Made by a program: the position numbers and the translations under genes. Below, in pieces: positions 53,832-64,000 of a DNA stretch of 64,000 nt. The stretch lies in sequence record KM606994. One strand, 5' to 3'. The notes under the pieces were generated by a model. That model made no database searches. It was given only the letters and a program-made list of their open reading frames with translations, and was not told the DNA's origin. Numbering within the stretch: the first letter of the stretch is position 1; each line of letters opens with the position of its first letter. The stretch is from Escherichia phage RB3.

Positions 53832-56800
53832 ATGGCCGAGATTAAAAGAAAGTTCAGAGCAGAAGATGGTCTGGACGCAGGTGGCGATAAAATAATCAAC
53901 GTAGCTTTAGCTGATCGTACCGTAGGAACTGACGGTGTTAACGTTGATTACTTAATTCAAGAAAACACAGTTCAGCAATATGATCCAACTCGTGGATATT
54001 TAAAAGATTTTGTAATCATTTATAATAATCGTTTTTGGGCAGCAACGGATAATATTCCAAAACCTGCTGGAAATTTTAATAGAATTCGTTGGAAAGCATT
54101 ACGTACTGATGCCGTATATACAACCGTATCATCTGGACCATATCAATTAAAATCCGGAGAAGCAATTTCAGTAGATACATCAGTTGGCAATGACATTGAG
54201 TTTACTTTACCACCTTCTCCGCTTGATGGAGAAACCGTAATAATTCAAGATATCGGTGGAAAACCTGGCATAAATCAGGTTAAAATAAATTCTTCAAATC
54301 AGAGTATTGTCAATTTTAGAGGTGAACAGGTACGTTCAGTTTTAATGACTCATCCAAAGTCACAGATGGTATTCATTTTTAATAATCGTTTGTGGCAAAT
54401 GTATATTGCTGATTATAGCAGAGAAGCTGCGATTGTTACTCCATCGACTGCATATCAAGCACAATCTAATGATTTTATCGTACGTAGATTTACTTCTGCC
54501 GCACCGATTAATGTTAAACTTCCAAGATTTGCCAATCATGGAGATATCATTAATTTCGTTGATTTAGATAAATTAAATCCACTTTATCATACAATTGTTA
54601 CGACATATGATGAAACAACGTCAGTACAAGAAGTTGGAACTCATTCCATTGAAGGTCGTACATCGATTGACGGTTTCTTGATGTTTGATGATAATGAGAA
54701 ATTGTGGAGATTGTTTGATGGGGATAGTAAAGCACGTTTACGCATTATAACAACTAATTCTAATATTCGTCCAAATGAAGAAGTCATGGTATTTGGCGCG
54801 AATAATGGAACAACCCAAACAATTGAACTTCAGCTTCCGACTGATATTTCTGTTGGTGATACTGTCAAAATTTCCATGAATTACATGAGAAAAGGACAAA
54901 CGGTTAAAATCAAAGCTGCAGGTGAAGATAAAATTGCTTCTTCAGTTCAATTGCTGCAATTCCCAAAACGCTCAGAATATCCACCTGAAGCTGAGTGGGT
55001 TACAGTTCAAGAATTAGTTTTTAACGGTGAAACTAATTATGTTCCAGTTTTGGAGCTTGCTTATATTGAAGATTCTGATGGAAAATATTGGGTTGTACAG
55101 CAAAACGTTCCAACTGTAGAAAGAGTAGATTCTTTAAATGATTCTACTAGAGCAAGATTAGGGGTAATTGCTTTAGCTACACAAGCTCAAGCTAATGCTG
55201 ATTTAGAAAATTCTCCACAAAAAGAATTGGCAATTACTCCAGAAACGTTAGCTAATCGTACTGCTACAGAAACTCGTAGAGGTATTGCAAGAATAGCAAC
55301 TACTGCTCAAGTTAACCAGGATACTACATTCTCTTTTGCTGATGATATTATCATCACTCCTAAAAAGCTGAATGAAAGAACAGCTACTGAAACTCGCAGA
55401 GGTGTTGCTGAAATTGCTACACAGCAAGAAACTAATACAGGAACCGATGATACTACAATCATCACTCCTAAAAAGCTTCAAGCTCGACAAGGTTCTGAAT
55501 CATTATCTGGTATTGTAACTTTTGTATCTACTGCAGGTGCTACTCCAGCTTCTAGCCGTGAATTAAATGGTACGAATGTTTATAATAAAAACACTAATAA
55601 TTTAGTTGTTTCACCTAAAGCTTTGGATCAGTATAAAGCTACTCCAACACAGCAAGGTGCAGTAATTTTAGCAGTTGAAAGTGAAGTAATTGCTGGACAA
55701 AGTCAGGAAGGATGGGCAAATGCGGTTGTAACACCAGAAACGTTACATAAAAAGACATCAACTGATGGAAGAATTGGTTTAATTGAAATTGCTACGCAAA
55801 GTGAAGTTAACACAGGAACTGATTATACTCGTGCAGTCACTCCTAAAACTTTAAATGACCGTAGAGCAACTGAAAGTTTAAGTGGTATAGCTGAAATTGC
55901 TACGCAAGTTGAATTCGACGCAGGCGTCGACGATACTCGTATCTCTACACCATTAAAAATTAAAACCAGATTTAATAGTACTGATCGTACTTCTGTTGTT
56001 GCTCTATCTGGATTAGTTGAATCAGGAACTCTCTGGGACCATTATACCCTCAATATTCTTGAAGCAAATGAGACACAACGTGGTACACTTCGTGTAGCTA
56101 CACAAGTTGAAGCTGCTGCAGGAACATTAGATAATGTTTTAATAACTCCTAAAAAGCTTTTAGGTACTAAATCTACTGAAGCGCAAGAAGGTGTTATTAA
56201 AGTTGCAACTCAGTCTGAAACTGTGACTGGAACATCAGCAAATACTGCTGTATCTCCAAAAAATTTAAAATGGATCGTGCAGAGCGAACCTACTTGGGCA
56301 GCAACTACTGCAGTAAGAGGCTTTGTTAAAACTTCATCTGGTTCAATTACATTCGTTGGTAATGATACGGTAGGTTCAACACAGCCATTAGAATCATATG
56401 AGAAAAATAGCTATGCAGTATCACCATATGAATTAAACCGTGTATTAGCAAATTATCTGCCGTTAAAAGCAAAAGCTGTAGATAGTAATTTATTGGATGG
56501 TCTAGATTCATCTCAGTTCATTCGTAGGGATATTGCGCAGACGGTTAATGGTTCACTAACCTTAACCCAACAAACGAATCTGAGTGCCCCTCTTGTATCA
56601 TCTAGTACTGCTACGTTTGGTGGTTCAGTTACGGCAAATAGTGTACTAACTATTTCTAATACTGGAACAGAAACTCATCTGATTTTTGAGAAAGGACCTC
56701 AAACTGGAACTAACCAAGCACAGACGGTGACTATTAGAGTGTGGGGTAATCAATTTAGTGGGGAATCAGATACAACACGTTCTACTGTATTTGAAGTTGG

Positions 56801-57701
56801 TGATGAAACGTCTAATCACTTTTATTCTCAGCGCAATAAAGCTGGAAATATAACATTTAATATCAACGGTACAGTAACACCTATAAATGTTAATGCTTCA
56901 GGAACATTGAATGCAAATGGTGTAGCAACATTTGGTAATTCAGTCACTGCAACTGGTGAAATTATTTCTCGAAGCGCAAATGCTTTCCGTGCTATTAACG
57001 GAAATTATGGTTTCATTGTTCGCAATGATGGATCAGTAACGAATTTTATGCTTACTGCATCGGGTGATCAGACTGGCGGATTTAATGGATTACGTCCTTT
57101 AGCTATTAATAATGCATCTGGCCAAGTAACGATTGGTGAAAGCTTAATCATTGCAAAAGGTGCTACTATAAGTTCGGGTGGTTTGACTGTTAACTCGAGA
57201 ATTCGTTCTCAGGGTACTAAAACCTCTGATTTATATACCCGTGCGCCAACATCTGATACAGTAGGATTCTGGTCAATCGATATTAATGATTCAGCCACTT
57301 ATAACCAGTTTCCGGGTTATTTTAAAATGGTTGAAAAAACTAATGAAGTGACTGGACTTCCATACTTAGAACGTGGTGAAGAAGTTAAATCTCCTGGTAC
57401 ATTGACTCAGTTTGGTAACACACTTGATTCACTTTACCAAGATTGGATTACTTATCCAACGACCCCAGAAGCACGTACCACTCGCTGGACGCGTACATGG
57501 CAGAAAACTAAAAATTCTTGGTCAAGTTTTGTTCAGGTATTTGATGGAGGTAACCCTCCTCAACCTTCGGATATAGGAGCAATCCCATCTGATAATGGAA
57601 TAATAGGTAATCTTACTATTCGTGATTTCTTACGAATTGGTAATGTTCGCATTATTCCTGACCCAGTGAATAAAACTGTTAAATTTGAATGGGTTGAATA
57701 A
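53832..57701 (+). CDS. 34: Long tail fibre proximal subunit gp34
   Basis: 1289 aa; late promoter at 53790-53797. Confidence 0.93.
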   Translation: MAEIKRKFRAEDGLDAGGDKIINVALADRTVGTDGVNVDYLIQENTVQQYDPTRGYLKDFVIIYNNRFWAATDNIPKPAGNFNRIRWKALRTDAVYTTVSSGPYQLKSGEAISVDTSVGNDIEFTLPPSPLDGETVIIQDIGGKPGINQVKINSSNQSIVNFRGEQVRSVLMTHPKSQMVFIFNNRLWQMYIADYSREAAIVTPSTAYQAQSNDFIVRRFTSAAPINVKLPRFANHGDIINFVDLDKLNPLYHTIVTTYDETTSVQEVGTHSIEGRTSIDGFLMFDDNEKLWRLFDGDSKARLRIITTNSNIRPNEEVMVFGANNGTTQTIELQLPTDISVGDTVKISMNYMRKGQTVKIKAAGEDKIASSVQLLQFPKRSEYPPEAEWVTVQELVFNGETNYVPVLELAYIEDSDGKYWVVQQNVPTVERVDSLNDSTRARLGVIALATQAQANADLENSPQKELAITPETLANRTATETRRGIARIATTAQVNQDTTFSFADDIIITPKKLNERTATETRRGVAEIATQQETNTGTDDTTIITPKKLQARQGSESLSGIVTFVSTAGATPASSRELNGTNVYNKNTNNLVVSPKALDQYKATPTQQGAVILAVESEVIAGQSQEGWANAVVTPETLHKKTSTDGRIGLIEIATQSEVNTGTDYTRAVTPKTLNDRRATESLSGIAEIATQVEFDAGVDDTRISTPLKIKTRFNSTDRTSVVALSGLVESGTLWDHYTLNILEANETQRGTLRVATQVEAAAGTLDNVLITPKKLLGTKSTEAQEGVIKVATQSETVTGTSANTAVSPKNLKWIVQSEPTWAATTAVRGFVKTSSGSITFVGNDTVGSTQPLESYEKNSYAVSPYELNRVLANYLPLKAKAVDSNLLDGLDSSQFIRRDIAQTVNGSLTLTQQTNLSAPLVSSSTATFGGSVTANSVLTISNTGTETHLIFEKGPQTGTNQAQTVTIRVWGNQFSGESDTTRSTVFEVGDETSNHFYSQRNKAGNITFNINGTVTPINVNASGTLNANGVATFGNSVTATGEIISRSANAFRAINGNYGFIVRNDGSVTNFMLTASGDQTGGFNGLRPLAINNASGQVTIGESLIIAKGATISSGGLTVNSRIRSQGTKTSDLYTRAPTSDTVGFWSIDINDSATYNQFPGYFKMVEKTNEVTGLPYLERGEEVKSPGTLTQFGNTLDSLYQDWITYPTTPEARTTRWTRTWQKTKNSWSSFVQVFDGGNPPQPSDIGAIPSDNGIIGNLTIRDFLRIGNVRIIPDPVNKTVKFEWVE

Positions 57702-57709
57702 GAGGTATT

Positions 57710-58825
57710 ATGGAAAAATTTATGGCAGAGTTTGGACAAGGATATGTCCAAACGCCATTTTTATCGGAAAGCAATTCAGTAAGATATAAAATAAGCATAG
57801 CGGGTTCTTGCCCGCTTTCTACTGCGGGGCCATATGTTAAATTTCAGGATAATCCCGTTGGAAATCAAACATTTAGTGCAGGTCTTCATTTAAGAGTTTT
57901 TGACCCTTCTACAGGAGCATTAGTTGATAGTAAGTCATATGCTTTTTCTGCTTCAAACAATACAACATCTACCGCTTTTGTCAGTTTCATGAATTCTTTG
58001 TCAAACAATAGACTTGTTGCTATATTAACTAGCGGAAAGGTTAATTTTCCTCCTGAAGTGGTATCTTGGTTAAGGGGAGCAGGAACTTCAGTTTTTCCAT
58101 CAGATTCAGTATTGTCAAGATTTGACGTGTCATATGCTGCTTTTTACACTTCTTCTAAAAGAGCTATCGCATTAGAGCATGTTAAACTAAGTAATAGAAA
58201 AAGCACAGATGACTATCAAACTATGTTAGATGTTGTATTTGATAGTTTAGAAGACGTCGGAGCTACAGGATTTCCTAAAAGAACATACGAAAGCGTTGAG
58301 CAATTTATGTCTGCGGTTGGTGGAACTAATAACGAAATTGCGCGATTGCCAACTTCAGCTGCTATAAGTAAACTTTCTGACTACAATTTAATTCCTGGTG
58401 ATGTTCTTTATCTTAAAGCACAACTATATGCTGATGCTGATTTACTTGATCTTGGAACTGCAAATATATCTATTCGTTTTTATGATGCATCAAATGGATA
58501 TATTTCCTCGACCCAAGCTGAGTTTACTGGGCAAGCTGGGTCTTGGGAATTAAAAGAAGATTATGTAGTTGTTCCTGAAAATGCAGTAGGATTTACGATA
58601 TATGCACAAAGAACTGCCCAAGCAGGTCAAGGCGGCATGAGAAATTTAAGCTTTTCTGAAGTATCAAGAAATGGCGGAATTTCGAAACCTGCTGAATTTG
58701 GTGTCAATGGCATTCGTGTTAATTATATCGGTGAATCCTCTTCACCTCCAGATATAATGGTACTTCCTACACAGGCATCGTCTAAAACTGGTAAAGTGTT
58801 TGGACAGGAATTTAGAGAAGTTTAA
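57710..58825 (+). CDS. 35: Long tail fibre hinge protein gp35
   Basis: 371 aa; terminator downstream. Confidence 0.9.
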   Translation: MEKFMAEFGQGYVQTPFLSESNSVRYKISIAGSCPLSTAGPYVKFQDNPVGNQTFSAGLHLRVFDPSTGALVDSKSYAFSASNNTTSTAFVSFMNSLSNNRLVAILTSGKVNFPPEVVSWLRGAGTSVFPSDSVLSRFDVSYAAFYTSSKRAIALEHVKLSNRKSTDDYQTMLDVVFDSLEDVGATGFPKRTYESVEQFMSAVGGTNNEIARLPTSAAISKLSDYNLIPGDVLYLKAQLYADADLLDLGTANISIRFYDASNGYISSTQAEFTGQAGSWELKEDYVVVPENAVGFTIYAQRTAQAGQGGMRNLSFSEVSRNGGISKPAEFGVNGIRVNYIGESSSPPDIMVLPTQASSKTGKVFGQEFREV

Positions 58826-58831
58826 ACTGAG

Positions 58832-58855
58832 GGAGCCTTCGGGTTCCTTTTTTCT
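58832..58855 (+). terminator. Terminator after gene 35
   Basis: GGAGCC-UUCG-GGUUCC (one G-U pair) followed by TTTTTTC. Confidence 0.75.
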
Positions 58856-58856
58856 T

Positions 58857-58864
58857 TATAAATA
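58857..58864 (+). promoter_or_regulatory. Late promoter TATAAATA (gene 36)
   Basis: Exact TATAAATA after the gene 35 terminator. Confidence 0.7.
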
Positions 58865-58887
58865 ATATTAAAATAAAGGGGCATACA

Positions 58888-59538
58888 ATGGCTGATTTAA
58901 AAGTAGGTTCAACTGTTGGTGGATCTGTCATTTGGCATCAAGGAAATTTTCCATTGAATTCAGCCGGTGACGATGTACTCTACAAATCATTTAAAATATA
59001 TTCAGAATATAATAAACCGCAGGCAGCTGATAATGATTTCGTTTCTAAAGCTAATGGTGGTACTTACACCGGTCCAATTACTATTAATTACGGGGTAAAT
59101 AGTTATCTTCAATTAAGTAATAATGAAACCCCCATCCGAATTCGTTCTGGTGGCGGCACTGGTAATACTCTTGTAGTTGGTGGCTCTTCTGGCGGTATTA
59201 GTTTTAGACCAGCAGGTAGTGAAATCACTACTGGACAAATTACTATTACGCCAGAAGGTTTGACAACATTTACCAAAGCTGTAACGGCTCCATCTGTAAC
59301 TGTCACATCTACTCCTTCCGCAGCATCAGATGCTACTCGTAAAGATTATGTTGATGGAGCAATAAATACTGTTACAGCAAATGCAAACTCTAGGGTATTA
59401 CGCTCTGGAGACACTATGACAGGAAATTTAACTGCGCCAAACCTTTTTTCACAGAATCCTGCATCTCAACCTTCACACGTTCCACGATTTGACCAAATCG
59501 TAATTAAGGATTCTGTTCAAGATTTCGGCTATTATTAA
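58888..59538 (+). CDS. 36: Long tail fibre distal connector gp36
   Basis: 216 aa; late promoter at 58857-58864. Confidence 0.9.
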   Translation: MADLKVGSTVGGSVIWHQGNFPLNSAGDDVLYKSFKIYSEYNKPQAADNDFVSKANGGTYTGPITINYGVNSYLQLSNNETPIRIRSGGGTGNTLVVGGSSGGISFRPAGSEITTGQITITPEGLTTFTKAVTAPSVTVTSTPSAASDATRKDYVDGAINTVTANANSRVLRSGDTMTGNLTAPNLFSQNPASQPSHVPRFDQIVIKDSVQDFGYY

Positions 59539-59546
59539 GAGGACTT

Positions 59547-62500
59547 ATGGCTACTTTAAAACAAATACAATTTAAAAGAAGCAAAACCGCAGGTCAACGT
59601 CCTGCTGCTTCAGTATTAGCCGAAGGTGAATTGGCTATAAACTTAAAAGATAAAACAATTTTCACAAAAGATGACTCAGGTAGTGTTATAGAATTAGGTT
59701 TAAAATATGGAGGAACAATTGATGGTTCTTTAACTGTTAATGGAAGCATAATTGGAAATTTAACAGGTAACGCTGCAACCGCAACGAAATTAAAAACAGC
59801 ACGAAAGATTAATGGTATATCTTTTGATGGGTCAAAGGACATTACCCTAACTCCATCTGACATAAATGTAAATAGTACAACATTTATAAAAAATAATGGT
59901 GAATTACCTACTGATGCTAATTTAGATACGTATGGGCCCATTGAAGAATATCTTGGTGTTTGGTCGAAATCTACTTCAACAAATGCGCAACCAGCAAATA
60001 AATTCCCAGAAGAAAATGCCGTAGGTGTACTAGAAGTATTTGTGGCCGGCCAATTTGCTGGCACTCAGCGTTATACTGTAAGATCTGGTAACGTCTATAT
60101 TCGTTCCTTATCTGCTAAATGGAATGGCGTCGATGGTCCATGGGGTCCGTGGCGCAATATTCAAACTGGCACACGCCCACTATCAACTACGCTAGACTTG
60201 AATACTTTAGGTGATGCTTCTCATTTTGGGTTATGGCGAAATAGTTCAAGTTCCATTGCATCATTTTCTCGAAATTACCCAGAAGAAGGTGGTCTCGCGC
60301 AAGGTCTTTTAGAAATTTATGAAGGTGGTAACTATTCTCGCACGCAACGTTATACTACCCGAATGGGTGTTGTATATGTTCGTTGTCTTGCTAGTGCATG
60401 GGATCCAGAAGCTCCGAATTGGGGACCGTGGCAACAAGTAGGTATGGTTACTCCAAACACATTCTATGACGGGGATCTTAATAATTTTCGTTCTCCTGGC
60501 TTGTATAACATTTTAGGGACTGATGCCGTTATTAACCGTCCAGTTGCAGAAGGTGTTCCGGTTGAGATGACCGGATTGCTTGAGGTTAAACAGCGTGCTT
60601 CCGGTGGCGCTATTTTCCAACGTTTCACTACCGCAGGAACGGGTGCAACTACGCGATCTCGCGTGTTTGAACGTGCGATGACAAATAACATCTGGGGAAA
60701 TTGGTACGAAGTATATACGTCCTATTCTATGCCGATCACTCTGGGTATGGGTGGTGTTAAATCTCAATTAGCGGAGCTAGACTGGCAAACCTTTGATTTT
60801 GTCCCTGGTAGTATGTTTAGTGTTCCTTTGAACAAAATAAAGAACATGCCAGCAAATATGGATTGGGGTGCGATTGACGGAAACTTGGTTATGTTTTCTG
60901 TCGGTCCTAGCGAACACACTAGCACAGGGCGTACTGTTCAGGTTTGGCGTGGTACTGTATCCCAGACAAACTACCGTTATTTTGTCGTTCGTGTGTTCGG
61001 TAATTCTGGAAATATAACTTGTACAGTTCGACGCGTTGTTCTTGAAGATGGTAGCCACAAATGGACAGCGCAACAAGATTTTAATGGTGCAGTTAACTTC
61101 GGTGCTCCTACCAATTTTAACTCTACTGTTAACCTTAATAACACTACCACATTTAAAACAGAAGTTAAATTCCGCTCGTTGAATGCATTCCGTATGTATG
61201 GCGGAAAATTTGGTGCATTTTTACGTAATGATGGAGAGAGTCTTTATATTCTTTCCACCGACGAAAATGATCAAGATGGAAACTTTAATACAAATAGACC
61301 TTTCCGTTATGAATTAAGAACTGGTGATGTTACTTTGGGTGGTACTAGTGGTGCTAACGTTTTAAAATTAAAACGTGATTCTCTCACCGCATTTTTTGGT
61401 GGTGATATTAACATGAAAGGCTTGATGACTTTTGACGCCGGGCGTTTAGGATCACGAGATTATTTTAAATTTAACCATTGGGGTGATAGTAATAATGGTC
61501 GTGATAACATCATTCAGTTAGAAGATAGTCAAGGCGCTCATTTTTCCACTGAACGTACTTTAGCGACAGGTGCAATTAAAACTCGTTTCTTTGGCGAAAC
61601 ATTCACTGATGGTACATTATACCTAAATCAGATGAATAATAGTTCTGAACGATTCTCTATTAATAATTGGGGAAATTCAGAAGTTGGTCGCCCGGCAGTG
61701 TTGGAAGTCGGTGATTCTAAAGGTTATCACTTCTATACGGAACGCAGGACAGATAACAGTTTGATGTTTGATGTTGCTGGCGATTTTACTGCGCATGGAC
61801 CTTCCGGGATTACTATCAAAACCTCTACTGGTGCTCGCCATATCTGGTTTAGAGATGATAGCGATGCAGAAAAGGCTGTTATCTGGGCTACAGATGAGGG
61901 TATTTTACATATACGAAATAATCATGGTGGTTCATTTAGTCATCACTTCCAGGGTGCAATGATTAAAGCGGGAGAGCGTGTTCCTTATGCCGGAGATCAA
62001 GGGCTTATTCGCGGTGAAGTTTCTGGTGGTGCTTATGTGAATTGGAGAGACCGCCCTGCTGGTTTGTTGCTTGACTGTCAACAAAGCGTTGATAGTGCTC
62101 ATGCTATTTGGAAAGCGGTTGATTGGGGGCGTAACTTCATCGCTGCTTTGGACGTTCATTGTCCCGGTGATAGTAATAATACTGCGGCAGCGATTCTCCA
62201 TGTTCAGTCTGCTGATTATCAATTCCATGCAAGTGGAGAATTTCATGCCACTGGTAACGGAAACTTTAACGATGTTTATATTCGATCAGACCGTCGCCTC
62301 AAAGAAAACATCGAAGATTATATAGGAAATGCGTTAAGTTTGATTGGCAAACTGAAAGTGAAAACTTACGATAAAGTTAAATCTCTTAAGGACCGTGAAA
62401 TTATCGGTCATGAGATCGGCATTATCGCACAGGATTTACAGGAAATATTACCAGAAGCTGTAAAATCTTCAAAGGTTGGCAATCTTGATAATCCAGACGA

Positions 62501-62639
62501 TGTTCTGACAATTTCTAACTCTGCTGTGAATGCTCTTTTAATTAAGGCTATTCAGGAAATGAGTGAAGAAATTAAAGAATTGAAAACGCCTCTCTTTACT
62601 AAAATTATTCGCAAAATTAGTAAATATTTTAAATTCTAA
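59547..62639 (+). CDS. 37: Long tail fibre distal subunit gp37 with C-terminal S74-like intramolecular chaperone domain
   Basis: 1030 aa; C-terminal [12 protein letters not shown]...(Ser914, last 117 aa) matches the autocleaving chaperone Ser/Lys motif. Confidence 0.9.
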   Translation: MATLKQIQFKRSKTAGQRPAASVLAEGELAINLKDKTIFTKDDSGSVIELGLKYGGTIDGSLTVNGSIIGNLTGNAATATKLKTARKINGISFDGSKDITLTPSDINVNSTTFIKNNGELPTDANLDTYGPIEEYLGVWSKSTSTNAQPANKFPEENAVGVLEVFVAGQFAGTQRYTVRSGNVYIRSLSAKWNGVDGPWGPWRNIQTGTRPLSTTLDLNTLGDASHFGLWRNSSSSIASFSRNYPEEGGLAQGLLEIYEGGNYSRTQRYTTRMGVVYVRCLASAWDPEAPNWGPWQQVGMVTPNTFYDGDLNNFRSPGLYNILGTDAVINRPVAEGVPVEMTGLLEVKQRASGGAIFQRFTTAGTGATTRSRVFERAMTNNIWGNWYEVYTSYSMPITLGMGGVKSQLAELDWQTFDFVPGSMFSVPLNKIKNMPANMDWGAIDGNLVMFSVGPSEHTSTGRTVQVWRGTVSQTNYRYFVVRVFGNSGNITCTVRRVVLEDGSHKWTAQQDFNGAVNFGAPTNFNSTVNLNNTTTFKTEVKFRSLNAFRMYGGKFGAFLRNDGESLYILSTDENDQDGNFNTNRPFRYELRTGDVTLGGTSGANVLKLKRDSLTAFFGGDINMKGLMTFDAGRLGSRDYFKFNHWGDSNNGRDNIIQLEDSQGAHFSTERTLATGAIKTRFFGETFTDGTLYLNQMNNSSERFSINNWGNSEVGRPAVLEVGDSKGYHFYTERRTDNSLMFDVAGDFTAHGPSGITIKTSTGARHIWFRDDSDAEKAVIWATDEGILHIRNNHGGSFSHHFQGAMIKAGERVPYAGDQGLIRGEVSGGAYVNWRDRPAGLLLDCQQSVDSAHAIWKAVDWGRNFIAALDVHCPGDSNNTAAAILHVQSADYQFHASGEFHATGNGNFNDVYIRSDRRLKENIEDYIGNALSLIGKLKVKTYDKVKSLKDREIIGHEIGIIAQDLQEILPEAVKSSKVGNLDNPDDVLTISNSAVNALLIKAIQEMSEEIKELKTPLFTKIIRKISKYFKF

Positions 62640-62645
62640 CAACAA

Positions 62646-62663
62646 GGGGGAAATGCCCCCTTT
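62646..62663 (+). terminator. Hairpin/attenuator between genes 37 and 38
   Basis: GGGGG-AAATG-CCCCC followed by TTT, then gp38 SD. Confidence 0.5.
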
Positions 62664-62673
62664 GGAGAAAATT

Positions 62674-63456
62674 ATGGCAGTAGTTGGTGTTCCTGGTTGG
62701 ATTGGTAGTTCATCCGTAAATGAAACAGGACAACGATGGATGAGTCAAGCAGCTGGTCAATTAAGATTAGGTGTTCCTTGCTGGATGAGTCAATTTGCAG
62801 GTCGCTCAAGAGAAATTATTCATACACTTGGAGCAGACCATAACTTCAATGGTCAATGGTTCCGAGATAGGTGTTTTGAGGCAGGTAGTGCACCTATAGT
62901 GTTTAATATCACTGGAGATTTAGTATCATATTCTAAAGATGTTCCTTTATTCTTCATGTATGGAGATACACCGAATGAATATGTTCAGTTGAATATACAC
63001 GGCGTAACGATGTATGGACGTGGCGGTAATGGCGGTAGCAATAGTCCTGGTTCAGCTGGAGGTCATTGTATTCAAAACGATATTGGTGGGAGACTAAGAA
63101 TTAATAATGGTGGAGCTATTGCTGGAGGTGGCGGCGGTGGCGGCGGCGGATATTATTCTCCTTTTTCACAAATGAGATTGACTTTTGGAGGTGGCGGCGG
63201 GCGTCCGTTTGGCGCACCGGGCGGATCTATTGATATGCAATCAGGAGCAACTGCTGGTACTATTTCTGCGCCTGGCGCAGGGTCTGTGAACGGTATCTAT
63301 AGCGGCGGTGGCGGTGGCGAAGTTGGCTCCGCAGGAGGTAGATGTAATATTCGTGGTCAAGGATCTGAATACGATGGCGGAGCTGCTGGTTATGCCGTCA
63401 TAGGGTCTACACCGACATGGCAAAACGTTGGAGCAATATATGGTCCAAGAGTATAA
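62674..63456 (+). CDS. 38: gp38 receptor-binding adhesin, T2-type with glycine-rich motifs
   Basis: 260 aa from [13 protein letters not shown]; conserved N-terminal domain then poly-Gly motifs separating variable loops. Confidence 0.85.
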   Translation: MAVVGVPGWIGSSSVNETGQRWMSQAAGQLRLGVPCWMSQFAGRSREIIHTLGADHNFNGQWFRDRCFEAGSAPIVFNITGDLVSYSKDVPLFFMYGDTPNEYVQLNIHGVTMYGRGGNGGSNSPGSAGGHCIQNDIGGRLRINNGGAIAGGGGGGGGGYYSPFSQMRLTFGGGGGRPFGAPGGSIDMQSGATAGTISAPGAGSVNGIYSGGGGGEVGSAGGRCNIRGQGSEYDGGAAGYAVIGSTPTWQNVGAIYGPRV

Positions 63457-63486
63457 TTTGAATAAATATCCTTAAAAGGAGGGTCT

Positions 63487-64000
63487 ATGGCAGCACCTAG
63501 AATATCATTTTCGCCCTCTGATATTCTGTTGGGTGTTCTAGATCGCTTGTTCAAAGATAACGCTACCGGGAAGGTTCTTGCTTCCCGAGTAGCTGTCGTA
63601 ATTCTTTTATTTATGATGGCGATTGTTTGGTATAGGGGAGATAGTTTCTTTGAGTACTATAAGCAATCAAAGTATGAAACATACAGTGAAATTATTGAAA
63701 AGGAAAGAAATGCACGCTTTGAATCTGTCGTCCTGGAACAACTCCAGATAGTTCATATATCATCTGAGGCAGACTTTAGTGCGGTGTATTCTTTCCGCCC
63801 TAAAAACTTAAACTATTTTGTTGATATTATAGCATACGAAGGAAAATTACCTTCAACAATAAGTGAAAAATCACTTGGAGGATATCCTGTTGATAAAACT
63901 ATGGATGAATATACAGTTCATTTAAATGGACGTCATTATTATTCCAACTCAAAATTTGCTTTTTTACCAACTAAAAAGCCTACTCCCGAAATAAACTACA
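63487..64000 (+). CDS. t: Holin t, 5' partial (runs off window end)
   Basis: MAAPRISFSPSDILLGVLDRLFKDNATGKVLASR... with TM segment VAVVILLFMMAIVWY; no stop within window. Confidence 0.88.
   Translation, partial: MAAPRISFSPSDILLGVLDRLFKDNATGKVLASRVAVVILLFMMAIVWYRGDSFFEYYKQSKYETYSEIIEKERNARFESVVLEQLQIVHISSEADFSAVYSFRPKNLNYFVDIIAYEGKLPSTISEKSLGGYPVDKTMDEYTVHLNGRHYYSNSKFAFLPTKKPTPEINY

Noticed and set aside
59594-61076. Several 75-156-aa minus-strand ORFs inside gene 37
   Set aside because: Embedded antisense frames within a long recognised tail fibre gene; no start signals.
63100-63320. Repetitive GGTGGCGGCGGTGGCGGC tracts that resemble a simple-sequence or CRISPR-like repeat
   Set aside because: They encode the poly-glycine motifs of the gp38 adhesin; no spacer-repeat periodicity.

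Overview
This window is a contiguous segment of a T-even (T4-like, Tequatrovirus-type) phage genome, essentially colinear with the T4 map from gene 19 through the start of holin gene t. Calls rest on reading the translated ORFs against remembered T4 proteins and motifs; no database search was run. Content in order: an HNH endonuclease ORF, head genes 19-24, rnlB/hoc/inh, segE, uvsW/uvsW.1, uvsY, baseplate genes 25-54, two tandem alt ADP-ribosyltransferase genes, DNA ligase 30 and the 30.x cluster, rIII, 31, cd, pseT, a spanin pair, alc, rnlA, denA, intron-split nrdB (I-TevIII), mobE, nrdA, intron-split td (I-TevI), frd, 32, segG, 59, 33, dsbA, rnh and tail-fibre genes 34-38. Many late (TATAAATA), early (GTTTAC...TATAAT-like) and MotA-type promoters and UUCG/GAAA hairpin terminators are readable. 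I see no foreign multi-gene defence island, CRISPR array or tRNA. The candidates for something new are single-gene differences from the T4 arrangement: an ORF wedged between frd and td, the HNH gene upstream of gene 19, the second alt-like gene, extra small ORFs between frd and 32, and a duplicated 54-bp early-promoter cassette. The tail-fibre tip is T2-type (gp37 with a C-terminal S74-like autocleaving chaperone domain plus a glycine-rich gp38 adhesin) rather than T4-type.
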